Below, piece after piece: positions 47,722 to 58,261 of a DNA stretch of 64,000 nucleotides. Source of the stretch: an uncultured Bacteroidales bacterium (GTDB taxonomy: Bacteria > Bacteroidota > Bacteroidia > Bacteroidales > VadinHA17); assembly GCA_963838215.1 (NCBI GenBank), contig CAWIQG010000003.1, positions 320,240-384,239 of the forward strand. Reading direction: 5' to 3'. Position numbers and translations under genes: made by a program. The notes under the pieces were generated by a model, which had not been told where the DNA came from, ran no database searches, and saw only the letters and a program-made list of their open reading frames with translations. Position 1 is the first letter of the stretch. Every line of letters begins with the position of its first letter.

Positions 47722-50670
47722 ATGCAATTAAAAAACCTTTTATCAGCCCTGATTCTGACAATGATTTCCTTTATTCCTGTCAGATCACAAAATATGGATC
47801 CTCCATTTCTAAAATATTTGAACAATCCATGGGTTGATTCGGTCATGAAGACTCTTACACCCGATCAGCAGATAGCACAATGCATTTGGATTGCAGAATA
47901 TTCCAACAGTGATGTATCTCATGAAGTTGAAGTAAGCGACATAATCAGAAAATTTGGAATCGGCGGTATAGTTTTCTTCCAGGGAACAGCCTCAAAACAG
48001 GCAGAATTGACAAATTATTACCAGAAAATCTCAAAAGTGCCATTGCTTATATCGCTTGACGCGGAATGGGGAGCCGGAATGAGGATTGAGAATGTTGATA
48101 AGTTTCCTTATCAGATGACATTGGGAGCAATACATAATGATACACTCATCTATTTGTTTGGCAAAGCAGTAGCATTGCAGTTTAAAAGACTCGGAATACA
48201 GATTAATTTCGCCCCTGTTCTGGACATAAATATCAATTCTCAGAACCCGGTAATAAACTACCGGTCATTTGGTGAAAACAGGGAAAAGGTGACTGAAAAA
48301 AGCATCATGTACATGAAAGGAATGCAGGATAATGGCATTTTAGCTACAGGGAAACATTTTCCGGGCCATGGGGATACCAATGTTGATTCTCATCTTGATT
48401 TGCCACTGATAACTCATTCCCGTGCAAGATTGGACAGTGTTGAATTATACCCCTTCAGAAAGCTGATTGCAAAAGGGATCGGAAGTATAATGGTTGCCCA
48501 TCTTAACCTGCCTTCGCTCGATACTGCAACCGGCCTGCCTTCTACCCTTTCGCACGTCATTATTACCAATCTTCTTAAGAATGAACTGGGATTCAGAGGA
48601 TTAGTGGTTACAGATGCAATGATGATGAAGGCAGTGACTAAATATTTCAAACCCGGCGAGGCCGATGCCAAAGCTCTTGAAGCCGGAAACGATGTAGCGG
48701 AGTTTGTTACAGATGTTGAAGCCACCATCAGGGAAACAATGAACTATATTTCTCAGAAAAAACTGACCACTGATGATATCGCTCTGAAATGCAGGAAAAT
48801 AATTGCACTTAAATACTGGTCGGGGCTGAATAAACTGCATGCAATAAATCCGGAAAATATTAACAAGGAGTTATCTCCGATGACCTCCAAAGCATTGATA
48901 CGTGAATTATATGCAAATGCGTTGACCATTCTGAATAACGATCAGAATTTAATTCCGGTAAAAAATCTTCAAAAAATCAGGATAGCTACTATAGGAATTA
49001 ACAGGAATAATATCTCATTGTTCCAGAAAAGAATTGCTGACTATCTTCCTTCTGATCAGTATTTCATTGATCCTTACGATACTATAGACTGCAGAAAATT
49101 GTTAAAGAAGCTTTCAGCTTACGACTTAGTAATAGCAGGAGTATTTGATCTGGACCAGAGGCCCAATTTGGATTTCGGAATAAAACCTGAGCTGATTGGG
49201 TTCCTTGAAAAAATGATTAAAAATAACAAAACTATTATAACCTGGTTTGGCAACCCTTATGGAATAGATAAGGTAAAAATCCTTCAGAGCGCAAACGGAC
49301 TCATTTTGGCTTTCCAGGAAAATGAATACACTGAGGATCTTTCGGCCCAGCTAATTTTCGGAGGTATCGGTGCAAAAGGGACACTTCCTGTCACAATAAA
49401 TGAGAAATGGCCTTATGACTATGGAATTGGGACTCAGGGTAATTTAAGACTCCAATATGGAATACCTGAAAGTGTGGGCATGTCGTCAGGAATTCTTAAC
49501 AGCAGAATTGATTCTATTGTCAGTGCCGGTCTTAAAGCGAACGCATTCCCGGGATGTGTGGTAATGGCTGCAAGAAAAGGTGTTGTAGTGTTCCGGAAAG
49601 CTTATGGTTATCAGACTTATGACGACCGTTTAGCAGTCAGGGACGATGATTTGTATGACCTCGCATCGGTTACCAAGATTTCTTCCACCTTACCAGGATT
49701 AATGCTTCTCAACACTGCCGGGAAATTCTCCCCTGATAAAACTCTTGGTTTTTATCTGCCCGATTTCAGAAGAACCAATAAGGGGAATATTGTCATGAGA
49801 GATTTTCTTACTCATCAGGCCGGACTTACACCATTTATACCATTCTGGAAAGAAACAATTAAGAAAAACGGGAAATTTAAAAGGAACGTTTTTAATTCTG
49901 AATACAGTAAAAGATTTCCTTTTGAAGTAGCCCCAGGGCTATTCATTAACAGGAACTACAGGGAAAAAATGTTCAGGGAAATAAAAAAGAGTCCTCTTGG
50001 TGAGAAAAAATATGTCTATTCAGATCTGACATTTATTATCGCACCTGAAATCATTGAAAGATTAACAGGACAAAAATGGTATAATTATATTACAGACAGC
50101 ATTTATAAGAAAATAGGTGCTTTTGAGACAGGGTTCAATCCTTATAAAAAATTTCCATTGAGCAGGATTGTTCCTACTGAGTACGACTCTCTTTTCAGAA
50201 AACAGCTGTTACACGGAACTGTCCATGATGAAGGCGCCGCTATGTTAGGTGGAATATCGGGACATGCAGGTTTGTTTTCAGATGCCAATGATCTGATGAA
50301 ATTAATGGAGCTTTATCGAAGGATGGGAGAATATGGAGGGGAACAGCTCATTGGAAAAGATGTTATGGAAGAATACACTAAGGTTCAGTATCCGGAGAAT
50401 AATAACAGAAGAGGTCTCGGGTTTGATAAGCCACTTCTGAATAATTCCCAGCTATCTCAAAAAGATGCTTACCCGGCAAAGAGTGCGTCATCTTCAAGTT
50501 TTGGACATTCGGGTTATACGGGAACATTTGTATGGGTTGATCCTGAGTATGGAATAACCTATGTTTTCCTGTGCAATAGGGTTTATCCGACAAGAAATAA
50601 TAATCAGTTATCTGATCTGAATATCAGATCGGATATACTCCAGGCTGTTTATGATTCGATAGAAAAATAG
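47722..50670 (+). CDS. fusion of a glycoside hydrolase family 3 domain (NagZ-like beta-N-acetylhexosaminidase) with a serine beta-lactamase/PBP-like hydrolase
   Basis: 982 aa with a signal peptide. GH3 motifs KHFPGHGDT and VVTDAMMM. The C-terminal half has the S-x-x-K motif ASVTKISS and YVYSDLTF. Confidence 0.8.
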   Translation: MQLKNLLSALILTMISFIPVRSQNMDPPFLKYLNNPWVDSVMKTLTPDQQIAQCIWIAEYSNSDVSHEVEVSDIIRKFGIGGIVFFQGTASKQAELTNYYQKISKVPLLISLDAEWGAGMRIENVDKFPYQMTLGAIHNDTLIYLFGKAVALQFKRLGIQINFAPVLDININSQNPVINYRSFGENREKVTEKSIMYMKGMQDNGILATGKHFPGHGDTNVDSHLDLPLITHSRARLDSVELYPFRKLIAKGIGSIMVAHLNLPSLDTATGLPSTLSHVIITNLLKNELGFRGLVVTDAMMMKAVTKYFKPGEADAKALEAGNDVAEFVTDVEATIRETMNYISQKKLTTDDIALKCRKIIALKYWSGLNKLHAINPENINKELSPMTSKALIRELYANALTILNNDQNLIPVKNLQKIRIATIGINRNNISLFQKRIADYLPSDQYFIDPYDTIDCRKLLKKLSAYDLVIAGVFDLDQRPNLDFGIKPELIGFLEKMIKNNKTIITWFGNPYGIDKVKILQSANGLILAFQENEYTEDLSAQLIFGGIGAKGTLPVTINEKWPYDYGIGTQGNLRLQYGIPESVGMSSGILNSRIDSIVSAGLKANAFPGCVVMAARKGVVVFRKAYGYQTYDDRLAVRDDDLYDLASVTKISSTLPGLMLLNTAGKFSPDKTLGFYLPDFRRTNKGNIVMRDFLTHQAGLTPFIPFWKETIKKNGKFKRNVFNSEYSKRFPFEVAPGLFINRNYREKMFREIKKSPLGEKKYVYSDLTFIIAPEIIERLTGQKWYNYITDSIYKKIGAFETGFNPYKKFPLSRIVPTEYDSLFRKQLLHGTVHDEGAAMLGGISGHAGLFSDANDLMKLMELYRRMGEYGGEQLIGKDVMEEYTKVQYPENNNRRGLGFDKPLLNNSQLSQKDAYPAKSASSSSFGHSGYTGTFVWVDPEYGITYVFLCNRVYPTRNNNQLSDLNIRSDILQAVYDSIEK

Positions 50671-50820
50671 GACACAAAGCTCACGACTCAGGACTCAGGG
50701 AAAAATGTTGTTTTAGTTATTTCGTATGTCGTGCATCGCGAGTTGTGCATCGTGCATCGTGTGTAGTGTGTCGTGTGTCGTGTGTCGATAATCGTGATGA
50801 CGGTATATTATAAAAACAGA

Positions 50821-50854
50821 AACCAGACTGCAGATTACAATCTGGTTTTTTTTT
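50821..50854. terminator. bidirectional terminator hairpin
   Basis: AACCAGA-CTGCAGATTACAA-TCTGGTT, flanked by an A-run upstream and a T-run downstream. Lies between the GH3-fusion gene (+) and tRNA-Leu (-). Confidence 0.6.
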
Positions 50855-50855
50855 G

Positions 50856-50939
50856 TGCCCAGAACAAGACTCGAACTTGCATACCGTTACCGGCACCAGC
50901 CCCTCAAGCTGGCGTGTCTACCAATTTCACCATCTGGGC
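50856..50939 (-). tRNA. tRNA-Leu (anticodon GAG)
   Basis: 84 nt: GCCCAGATGGTGAAATTGGTAGACACGCCAGCTTGAGGGGCTGGTGCCGGTAACGGTATGCAAGTTCGAGTCTTGTTCTGGGCA. The cloverleaf folds with a long variable arm. The anticodon loop is TTGAGGG. No CCA is encoded. Confidence 0.9.
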
Positions 50940-51011
50940 GTAATAGCTCAGGGCTTGGAGCTCAGGGCCTCCTGCCCTGCGCTCTGTGCTCTACGCACTG
51001 CGCCAACACTG

Positions 51012-51095
51012 TGCCCAGAACAGGACTCGAACCTGCACATCATTACTGACACTAGTCCCTGAAACTAGCGCGTCTACCAATTTCGCCATCTGGGC
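51012..51095 (-). tRNA. tRNA-Leu (anticodon CAG)
   Basis: 84 nt: GCCCAGATGGCGAAATTGGTAGACGCGCTAGTTTCAGGGACTAGTGTCAGTAATGATGTGCAGGTTCGAGTCCTGTTCTGGGCA. The anticodon loop is TTCAGGG and there is a long variable arm. Confidence 0.9.
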
Positions 51096-51202
51096 TAAAA
51101 AAGGATTAAGCCGTTGGGCCTTTTAGCGGCTGCAAAAATAAAAATAAAAATGAAATATAAGAAAAAAGATTCAAAAAGGTTTAAATCATATTTTGCACCT
51201 GA

Positions 51203-51604
51203 TCATCTGTCGAAGTTCAGAAGTTTAACATGATTTGTCTCTTCAAAATATTTGAAATAGTAATAGAGTCTGTAATTAATATCAATTCCGTAGTCAGTAT
51301 TTGGATTATAATCTATATAATTCTCATACAGGCCATTATTGTTCGACGTCATATACCTCTGGTTCCATTCTGAAACGTAGAAACGGTTTTTTTGTATATA
51401 ATAATCATTTGAGTAAAAACTCTTTGGCGGTTTGGTTAAAAGCCATGTTTCAAAACCCGGATCCAGAATAATTAACCTGTACTCAAGGCTATCGACGGTA
51501 ATAGTGTCAGGTTTCGCTTTATAGCTATCCTTTTTTTTCTGGCTGAATCCATCTGTCCTGATTGCTACAAGAATAACCAGTATAACAAAAACAAATTTCT
51601 TCAT
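51203..51604 (-). CDS. hypothetical secreted protein
   Basis: 133 aa with a signal peptide (MKKFVFVILVILVAI) and a Tyr/Asn-rich mature part. The family is not identified with confidence. Confidence 0.55.
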   Translation of the reverse strand: MKKFVFVILVILVAIRTDGFSQKKKDSYKAKPDTITVDSLEYRLIILDPGFETWLLTKPPKSFYSNDYYIQKNRFYVSEWNQRYMTSNNNGLYENYIDYNPNTDYGIDINYRLYYYFKYFEETNHVKLLNFDR

Positions 51605-51814
51605 TTTATATCTTTTTCATTAATACTGTTAAATATTTTATATAAACACAAAAAATATACCAATTAAATATTCCGTATTAATTAAAAGTTTATTTTTGCT
51701 CCCTGATTATAAATAAATGAACAAACAGATAAAAAAACTATTGTGGTATATGAAGCATCTTGATTACAGGTCGGCACTATCTTCATTTGAGAATTCCTGA
51801 TAAAGATATAACGG

Positions 51815-51842
51815 ACCTGCGTAAAGATGCAGGTTTTTTTTT
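51815..51842 (+). terminator. terminator-like hairpin in the lysC leader (candidate attenuator)
   Basis: ACCTGC-GTAAAGAT-GCAGGT followed by T9, ending 17 nt before the lysC ATG. A second GCAGGT lies directly before the ATG. Confidence 0.5.
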
Positions 51843-51858
51843 AATTTAAATTGCAGGT

Positions 51859-53187
51859 ATGAAAATAATGAAATTCGGAGGAACATCAGTAGGAAATCCC
51901 GACAGGATGAAAGCGCTGATACCATTAATTGATGACGATGAAAGGAAAATTGTGGTTTTATCTGCAATGGCCGGAACAACGAATAGCCTTGTAGAGATAA
52001 CTGATCTGCTGTATGCCGGTGATATAAACATGGCATCTCAAAAGAATGAGGAGCTAAAAGCAAAATATCATCAGGTAGTTGAGGAACTTTTTGATACAGA
52101 TACTTTCAAAAGAACAGGTAATGAGCTGATTGATTCTCATTTCGAATATATAAGGAATTTCACGCTGAGAGTGTTTACAAAGCTCCAGGAGAAAGCGATA
52201 CTTGCTCAGGGAGAACTCATATCTACTTCATTGTTCCATCTTCTGCTTCAGGAAAAGAAAATTAAATCACTTCTTTTACCGGCTCTGAGTTTCATGCGTA
52301 TTGACAAGGATGGAGAACCTGACTCGTTTTACATTGAAGAAAACATCAAAAGAGAACTTGAAAATCATACTTCTGAAAAAATAATAATTACACAGGGGTT
52401 CATTTGCCGCAATGCTTATGGTGAAATCGATAATCTGAAGCGTGGAGGCAGTGATTTTACAGCATCATTAATAGGTGCAGCAATAAAAGCATCAGAAATT
52501 CAGATATGGACAGATATAAATGGCTTTCATAATAACGATCCAAGATATGTTGAGAACACTGAGGTGATTCGTGAATTATCGTTCGATGAAGCAGCTGAGC
52601 TGGCATATTTCGGGGCTAAAATTCTGCATCCATCAAGTGTTAATCCAGCCCATGAGAAGAATATCCCTGTCAGGCTTAAAAACACAATGGAGCCTGAAGA
52701 TGTTGGTACTTTGATAACATCAGAATCAGTTCTTCAGGATTACAAAGCAGTAGCTGCAAAAGACGGGATATCAGTACTGAGAATAAGATCCGACAGGATG
52801 TTAATGGCTTATGGATTCCTGAGAAAGGTTTTCGAGATTTTTGAGGCTTACAGGACACCAATTGACATGATAACAACATCCGAAGTTGCAGTATCCATCA
52901 CCATAGATAATTCCCAGTTCCTCGAGCAGATTGCAAAAGATCTGAAGGAACTTGGCACTGTTGAGGTTGAAAAAAATCAAACAATTGTGTGTGTAGTCGG
53001 TGATTTTCGTACTGAGCGCACCGGTTCGGCTCCTGAAATTTTTGAAGCATTGAACACCATACCTCTCAAAATGATTTCGTACGGTGGAAGCCCAAACAGC
53101 CTTTCGCTTCTTATTGATTCAACAAACAAGAAAGAAGCTTTAAGATTACTAAGTAAACATCTTTTTAATAAGAAAAATGATAAATAA
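51859..53187 (+). CDS. lysC: aspartate kinase
   Basis: 442 aa. N-terminus MKFGGTSVG, the amino-acid-kinase fold, and C-terminal ACT-like repeats. Confidence 0.9.
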   Translation: MKIMKFGGTSVGNPDRMKALIPLIDDDERKIVVLSAMAGTTNSLVEITDLLYAGDINMASQKNEELKAKYHQVVEELFDTDTFKRTGNELIDSHFEYIRNFTLRVFTKLQEKAILAQGELISTSLFHLLLQEKKIKSLLLPALSFMRIDKDGEPDSFYIEENIKRELENHTSEKIIITQGFICRNAYGEIDNLKRGGSDFTASLIGAAIKASEIQIWTDINGFHNNDPRYVENTEVIRELSFDEAAELAYFGAKILHPSSVNPAHEKNIPVRLKNTMEPEDVGTLITSESVLQDYKAVAAKDGISVLRIRSDRMLMAYGFLRKVFEIFEAYRTPIDMITTSEVAVSITIDNSQFLEQIAKDLKELGTVEVEKNQTIVCVVGDFRTERTGSAPEIFEALNTIPLKMISYGGSPNSLSLLIDSTNKKEALRLLSKHLFNKKNDK

Positions 53188-54325
53188 TAAAATCACAGAA
53201 AAATTCAGAGAAATTGAAACTCCATTCTATTACTACGATCTTGATGTTTTAAGATCGACTCTTGATATTGTTAAAAAAGAGTCAGATAATTCAGGATACC
53301 AGATACATTATGCAGTAAAGGCTAATCACAATCCAAAAATCCTTAAAATCATATCTTCGTATGGATTCGGAGCCGATTGTGTCTGCTGGAATGAAATAGC
53401 AGCTGCAATAAATGTAGGCTTTACTCCTTCCACAATAGTTTTTGCGGGAGTCGGGAAAACTGATAAGGATATAAAAGCCGCGCTGAAAGCAGATATTTTT
53501 TGTTTCAATTGCGAATCAATGCCAGAAATTGAAGTCATAGATAAACTTGCATCGGAACAGAATAAAATAGCCCGGATAGCTTTGCGTATAAATCCTTATA
53601 TTGATGCTCATACTCACAAATATATAACTACAGGCATTGAAGAAAGCAAGTTTGGAATTAATACCTGGGAGATCGACGAAATTGTAAAAAAACTGTCAGT
53701 ACTGAAAAATATCAGGCTTATAGGTATACATTTTCATATCGGTTCCCAGATAACAAGCATGTCGGTATTTAAGAGCCTGTGTTCCCGCATTAATGAATTA
53801 CAGGAATGGTTTACATCGCACAATATTAACCTGGAGATCATTAATGTTGGCGGGGGCTTAGGGATTGATTATGAAAATCCTGAAAAAACGCCATTATTCC
53901 AGGAATATTTCTCATTGCTGAACGAATTTATTGATCTTTTACCCGGACAGAAACTTCATCTTGAACCTGGCCGTTCTATAATAGGACAGTGTGGCAGCCT
54001 GATATCCAGGGTTCTGTTCATCAAGAATGGCAGTAACACTTTGTTTGCGATCATTGATGCAGGAATGACCGATCTGATCAGACCGGCTCTTTACCAGGCT
54101 TATCACAAAATAGAGAACCTCACCTCCGAAGGAAATATCTATAGGTATGATGTCGTAGGACCGGTTTGTGAATCCTCCGATACCTTCGCTAAATTTATCG
54201 AACTTCCTGAAACCAAAAGAGGAGATTTTATAGCAATACGATCAGCCGGAGCCTATGGAGAAGCAATGGCATCCAGATATAATCTGAGGGATCTGCCAAA
54301 ATCTGTATTTTCAGACGAGATATAA
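53177..54325 (+). CDS. lysA: diaminopimelate decarboxylase
   Basis: 382 aa. PLP-Lys motif YAVKANHNP, plus GGGLGIDY, EPGRSI and CESSD. Overlaps the lysC stop by 11 nt. Confidence 0.9.
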   Translation: MINNKITEKFREIETPFYYYDLDVLRSTLDIVKKESDNSGYQIHYAVKANHNPKILKIISSYGFGADCVCWNEIAAAINVGFTPSTIVFAGVGKTDKDIKAALKADIFCFNCESMPEIEVIDKLASEQNKIARIALRINPYIDAHTHKYITTGIEESKFGINTWEIDEIVKKLSVLKNIRLIGIHFHIGSQITSMSVFKSLCSRINELQEWFTSHNINLEIINVGGGLGIDYENPEKTPLFQEYFSLLNEFIDLLPGQKLHLEPGRSIIGQCGSLISRVLFIKNGSNTLFAIIDAGMTDLIRPALYQAYHKIENLTSEGNIYRYDVVGPVCESSDTFAKFIELPETKRGDFIAIRSAGAYGEAMASRYNLRDLPKSVFSDEI

Positions 54326-54390
54326 ATTTTCACCTTCCATTATTGCCCTTCATTCCCGGAACAGAATCTCTTTAATCAAGCCTGGAGACA

Positions 54391-55986
54391 TTATTCTTTC
54401 GGTGTACCCAGTCTTATCTTGCTATGCTTAACACCGTAAAAGAAATAGATAAAGAACCCTATAGCCATCCAGATAATCAGCCTTAACCATGTATCGAGCG
54501 GCAACGACGCCATCTGAAGAAAACAAATTGATGCTCCTAAAATAGGAACAACTGGCACCCATGGCGTTTTAAAAGGTCTTTCTATATCGGGTTTCGATTT
54601 TCTTAAAACAAGGACACTGATACATACAATTATAAAAGCAAGTAGTGTACCAATCGAAACCAGTTCTCCAAGAATACTTATTGGCAGAATACCTGCAATG
54701 ATCATTGCCACCGTACCGGTAATGACCGTACTTATATAAGGAGTTTTGAATCTTGGATGAACTTTTGAAAAAACCGGAGGCAACAGACCATCTTTTGACA
54801 TTGAATAAAAGATTCTCGGCTGGCCGAGTAGCATAACTAGAATAACCGAACTTAATCCGGCAATAGCGGCCACCTTTACAATTGGCCGGAGCCAGAACAT
54901 CCCTTTGCCCATGGCATCAACGCCAACTGCTACAGGATCGGCAACATTTAAAGTGGTATAACTAACAATACCTGTAAGTACTATTGCAACAAGAATATAA
55001 AGAATAGTAGAAATCCCCAGAGAGCCGAGAATACCTACAGGCATATCGCGCTGGGGATTTTTAGCCTCCTGTGCTGCAGTTGAAACAGCATCAAATCCTA
55101 TATATGCGAAGAATATAACACCGGCCCCCCTCAGAACACCACTTATTCCGTATTTACCAAATTCGTGGCTGTAAGCTCTCAACCAGCCCCAGAACGATCC
55201 ATATTGTGAAATCGGGGTAACTTCGACTTTGTTTGCAGGGATAAACGGATGCCAGTTTACTGATTTGACAAACATAAAACCAATAGCTATAAATAATATT
55301 ATTACCGATACTTTGGTTATAACCATGACGTTGTTAAAATTTGCCGATTCTTTTATTCCGATAACCAAAAGTGTCGTAAGAAGTGCCACGATGAACATTG
55401 CAGGAAGATTCAAAACACATGTAACATGAGCCAGAGAATCAATATGAACCCCCGTGGATGCTAATGTCTGTGCAAAAGTATCAGTCAGAGGTTTCCATCC
55501 CATGTCAGGAACGTTAACCAGCACAGAGCCCGAAGCACCAATAAACTGAGGTGGTATAAAAATATGAAGATCCTTCAGGAAGCTCACAACATACCCTGAC
55601 CATCCTACTGCAACTGTAGATGCTGCAAACAAGTACTCAAGTATCAGGTCCCAGCCAATGATCCATGCTAAAAATTCACCCAAAGTGGCATACGAATAGG
55701 TATAAGCGCTTCCTGCAATAGGTATCATTGAAGCAAATTCTGCATAACATAAACCAGCAAAACCGCAGGCAAGACCAGAAACAATAAAAGATAAAACGAT
55801 TGCGGGACCTGCGTACTGTGCGGCAGCCTGACCTGTAATAACAAAAATACCTGCGCCAATAATGGCTCCGATTCCTAAAGTTGTAAGATTCAGTGGTGTA
55901 AGCGTTCTTTTTAAACCATCTGATTCCTTTGATTCACTGAATAACTGGGGAAGTGGTTTAGTGATGAATAACCTGTTTTTTGACAT
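54391..55986 (-). CDS. APC-superfamily amino-acid permease (cationic amino acid transporter-like)
   Basis: 531 aa with about 13-14 TM helices. N-terminus LTTLGIGAIIGAGIFVITG is typical of APC/CAT transporters. Confidence 0.8.
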   Translation of the reverse strand: MSKNRLFITKPLPQLFSESKESDGLKRTLTPLNLTTLGIGAIIGAGIFVITGQAAAQYAGPAIVLSFIVSGLACGFAGLCYAEFASMIPIAGSAYTYSYATLGEFLAWIIGWDLILEYLFAASTVAVGWSGYVVSFLKDLHIFIPPQFIGASGSVLVNVPDMGWKPLTDTFAQTLASTGVHIDSLAHVTCVLNLPAMFIVALLTTLLVIGIKESANFNNVMVITKVSVIILFIAIGFMFVKSVNWHPFIPANKVEVTPISQYGSFWGWLRAYSHEFGKYGISGVLRGAGVIFFAYIGFDAVSTAAQEAKNPQRDMPVGILGSLGISTILYILVAIVLTGIVSYTTLNVADPVAVGVDAMGKGMFWLRPIVKVAAIAGLSSVILVMLLGQPRIFYSMSKDGLLPPVFSKVHPRFKTPYISTVITGTVAMIIAGILPISILGELVSIGTLLAFIIVCISVLVLRKSKPDIERPFKTPWVPVVPILGASICFLQMASLPLDTWLRLIIWMAIGFFIYFFYGVKHSKIRLGTPKE

Positions 55987-56239
55987 CTGGTTTATTTGAA
56001 AGGTTGGATAAAACTATAATCATTACAAACCTAACTTTTTTTTATAAAATATATTATATGAATATCAGATAATAATAAAAAGAACTTAGGAAATTCTTCG
56101 CTGATTCTCAGGAATGAAATAACCAATTTACAGAGAAATCTGACAGGGATCATGAGATAAGGGGTGCAGGCTATCGGAAATCAGAGCCACGATACTTCTG
56201 CGCCCTGACTTTTTGATCTTCAGAATAAAAAAAAATATT

Positions 56240-56247
56240 TATCTTTG
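56240..56247 (+). promoter_or_regulatory. Bacteroidetes-type -7 promoter box TATCTTTG upstream of thrS
   Basis: Exact match to the TAnnTTTG consensus, 26 nt upstream of the likely thrS ATG (56273). Confidence 0.5.
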
Positions 56248-56272
56248 CACACTTATTATAAGAGTGTTCAGA

Positions 56273-58213
56273 ATGATAAAGATAACTTTCCCTGATGGAT
56301 CTGCGAGAGAATATAAAAAAGGGATCAACAGTCTCGAAATAGCAGAACAGATAAGTCCACGACTGGCAAAAGAGATATACGCTGCCACCGTTAATAATGA
56401 AATCCTGGATCTTACAAGACTTATCGAAACTGATGCAACACTTAAACTTCACAAATGGGAAGATGAAGCAGCAAAGCATGCATTCTGGCACTCTTCAGCT
56501 CACCTTATGGCTGAAGCTCTGGAATCTTTATATCCCGGGATAAAATTTGGTATTGGTCCGGCTATTGAGAACGGGTTTTATTATGATGTGGACCCCGGCG
56601 AAGGAAAGGTGATCACTGAAGCTGACCTTCAGACTATTGAGAACAGGATGAAAGAGCTGGCATCCAAAAATCTTACTTTTAACAGAAGAGATGTTAGCAA
56701 AAAAGAGGCTCTTGATATTTTTTCAAAGAAAGGAGATGAATATAAAACAGAGCTTATAAGTGAACTTGTGGACGGAACGATTTCTTTATATACACAGGGC
56801 AATTTTATCGATCTCTGCAGGGGGCCGCATCTTCCGTCAACAGAACCCATAAAAGCCATCAAGCTACTGAGTGTCGCGGGAGCTTATTGGCGAGGTAATG
56901 AGAAGCGCAGAATGTTAACAAGGATATACGGTATTACATTCCCTAAACAAAAGATGCTGGATGATTATCTGGTTTTTCTTGAAGAAGCAAAAAGAAGGGA
57001 TCACCGCAGGATCGGGAAAGAGCTTGAATTGTTCACATTTTCAGCAAAAGTCGGAATGGGTCTTCCATTATGGATGCCTAAAGGTTCCGATTTAAGACAG
57101 AATCTTATCAATTTTCTTACCGGTCTGCTCAGGAAAAGAGGTTATAAGATTGTCACTACACCGCATATCGGAAATGTAAACCTGTATAAGACTTCAGGCC
57201 ATTTTGAAAAATATGGGGTGGACTCCTTTCAACCTATTTCGACACCTCAGGAGGGCGAACAATTTATGCTCAAACCTATGAACTGCCCACACCACTGTGA
57301 GATTTATAATGCTACTCCTCACTCTTATAAAGAGATGCCAATCAGGATGGCGGAATTTGGAACGGTGTACAGATATGAGCAGAGTGGTGAACTTCATGGA
57401 CTTACAAGGGTCAGAAGCTTTACTCAGGATGATGCTCATCTCTTTTGCAGACCTGACCAGTTAAGAGAAGAGTTTAAAGGTATTATCGACCTTATATTAT
57501 ATATCTTTAAAATCCTAAATTTCAATGATTTTACTGCCCAGGTTTCGCTGCGAGACCCTGAAAACAAACAAAAGTATATCGGATCTGATGAAAACTGGGA
57601 AAAGGCTGAACGCGATATTATTGAAGCCGCTGCTGAAAAAAAACTTAAAACGACAGTTGTTAAAGGTGAGGCAGCATTTTATGGTCCAAAACTCGATTTT
57701 ATGGTGAAAGATGCCATTGGAAGAAAATGGCAGCTGGGTACAATTCAGGTTGACTACAATCTACCTGAAAGGTTTGATCTTACGTACAATGGCAGTGACA
57801 ATCAGAAACACAGACCGGTTATGATCCACAGGACAATCTTTGGATCTATGGAACGATTTGTTGCAGTTCTGATTGAGAATACAGAAGGAAAATTTCCCCT
57901 CTGGCTTGCACCGGAAAAAGCCGTTATTTTACCAATAAGCGAAAAATTCAATGATTATGCAGGAAAAGTTTTGGAAATCCTAAATAATTCCGATATTTGC
58001 ACACTGATTGATGACAGAAGTGAAAAGATAGGTAAAAAGATCAGGGATAATGAATTAAAGAGGATTCCCTACCTTCTTATAATAGGTGAAAAAGAAGTTG
58101 AAAACGGAACAATTGCTGTCCGTAAGCAGGGTGAGGGCGATAAAGGGAGCATGAAAATTGAAGAATTTGTGAGTTTTATTAACTCTGAAATTAAGAAGGA
58201 AATTGCATTTTGA
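56273..58213 (+). CDS. thrS: threonine--tRNA ligase
   Basis: The start is set at [10 protein letters not shown] (TGS domain). Class II aaRS core with [16 protein letters not shown] and [12 protein letters not shown], plus a C-terminal anticodon-binding domain. Confidence 0.93.
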   Translation: MIKITFPDGSAREYKKGINSLEIAEQISPRLAKEIYAATVNNEILDLTRLIETDATLKLHKWEDEAAKHAFWHSSAHLMAEALESLYPGIKFGIGPAIENGFYYDVDPGEGKVITEADLQTIENRMKELASKNLTFNRRDVSKKEALDIFSKKGDEYKTELISELVDGTISLYTQGNFIDLCRGPHLPSTEPIKAIKLLSVAGAYWRGNEKRRMLTRIYGITFPKQKMLDDYLVFLEEAKRRDHRRIGKELELFTFSAKVGMGLPLWMPKGSDLRQNLINFLTGLLRKRGYKIVTTPHIGNVNLYKTSGHFEKYGVDSFQPISTPQEGEQFMLKPMNCPHHCEIYNATPHSYKEMPIRMAEFGTVYRYEQSGELHGLTRVRSFTQDDAHLFCRPDQLREEFKGIIDLILYIFKILNFNDFTAQVSLRDPENKQKYIGSDENWEKAERDIIEAAAEKKLKTTVVKGEAAFYGPKLDFMVKDAIGRKWQLGTIQVDYNLPERFDLTYNGSDNQKHRPVMIHRTIFGSMERFVAVLIENTEGKFPLWLAPEKAVILPISEKFNDYAGKVLEILNNSDICTLIDDRSEKIGKKIRDNELKRIPYLLIIGEKEVENGTIAVRKQGEGDKGSMKIEEFVSFINSEIKKEIAF

Positions 58214-58261
58214 TGCACGATAAGTAATTTTAGTACTAACAAAAATAAGGAGGAAAGAGCT

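Noticed and set aside
50940-51011. GC-rich spacer between the two tRNA-Leu genes, with a duplicated GCTCAGGGC, considered as a possible small RNA or third tRNA
   Set aside because: No cloverleaf or terminator could be folded by eye. It resembles the other low-complexity intergenic repeats.
50853-51062. ORFs 50853..51062 and 50855..51049 (+)
   Set aside because: They overlap the two minus-strand tRNA-Leu genes and the GC-rich spacer between them, so they are artefacts.
51690-51858. Lysine (L-box) riboswitch upstream of lysC
   Set aside because: I could not recognise the conserved L-box core by eye. Only the terminator-like hairpin is supported, so it is reported as a generic attenuator candidate.
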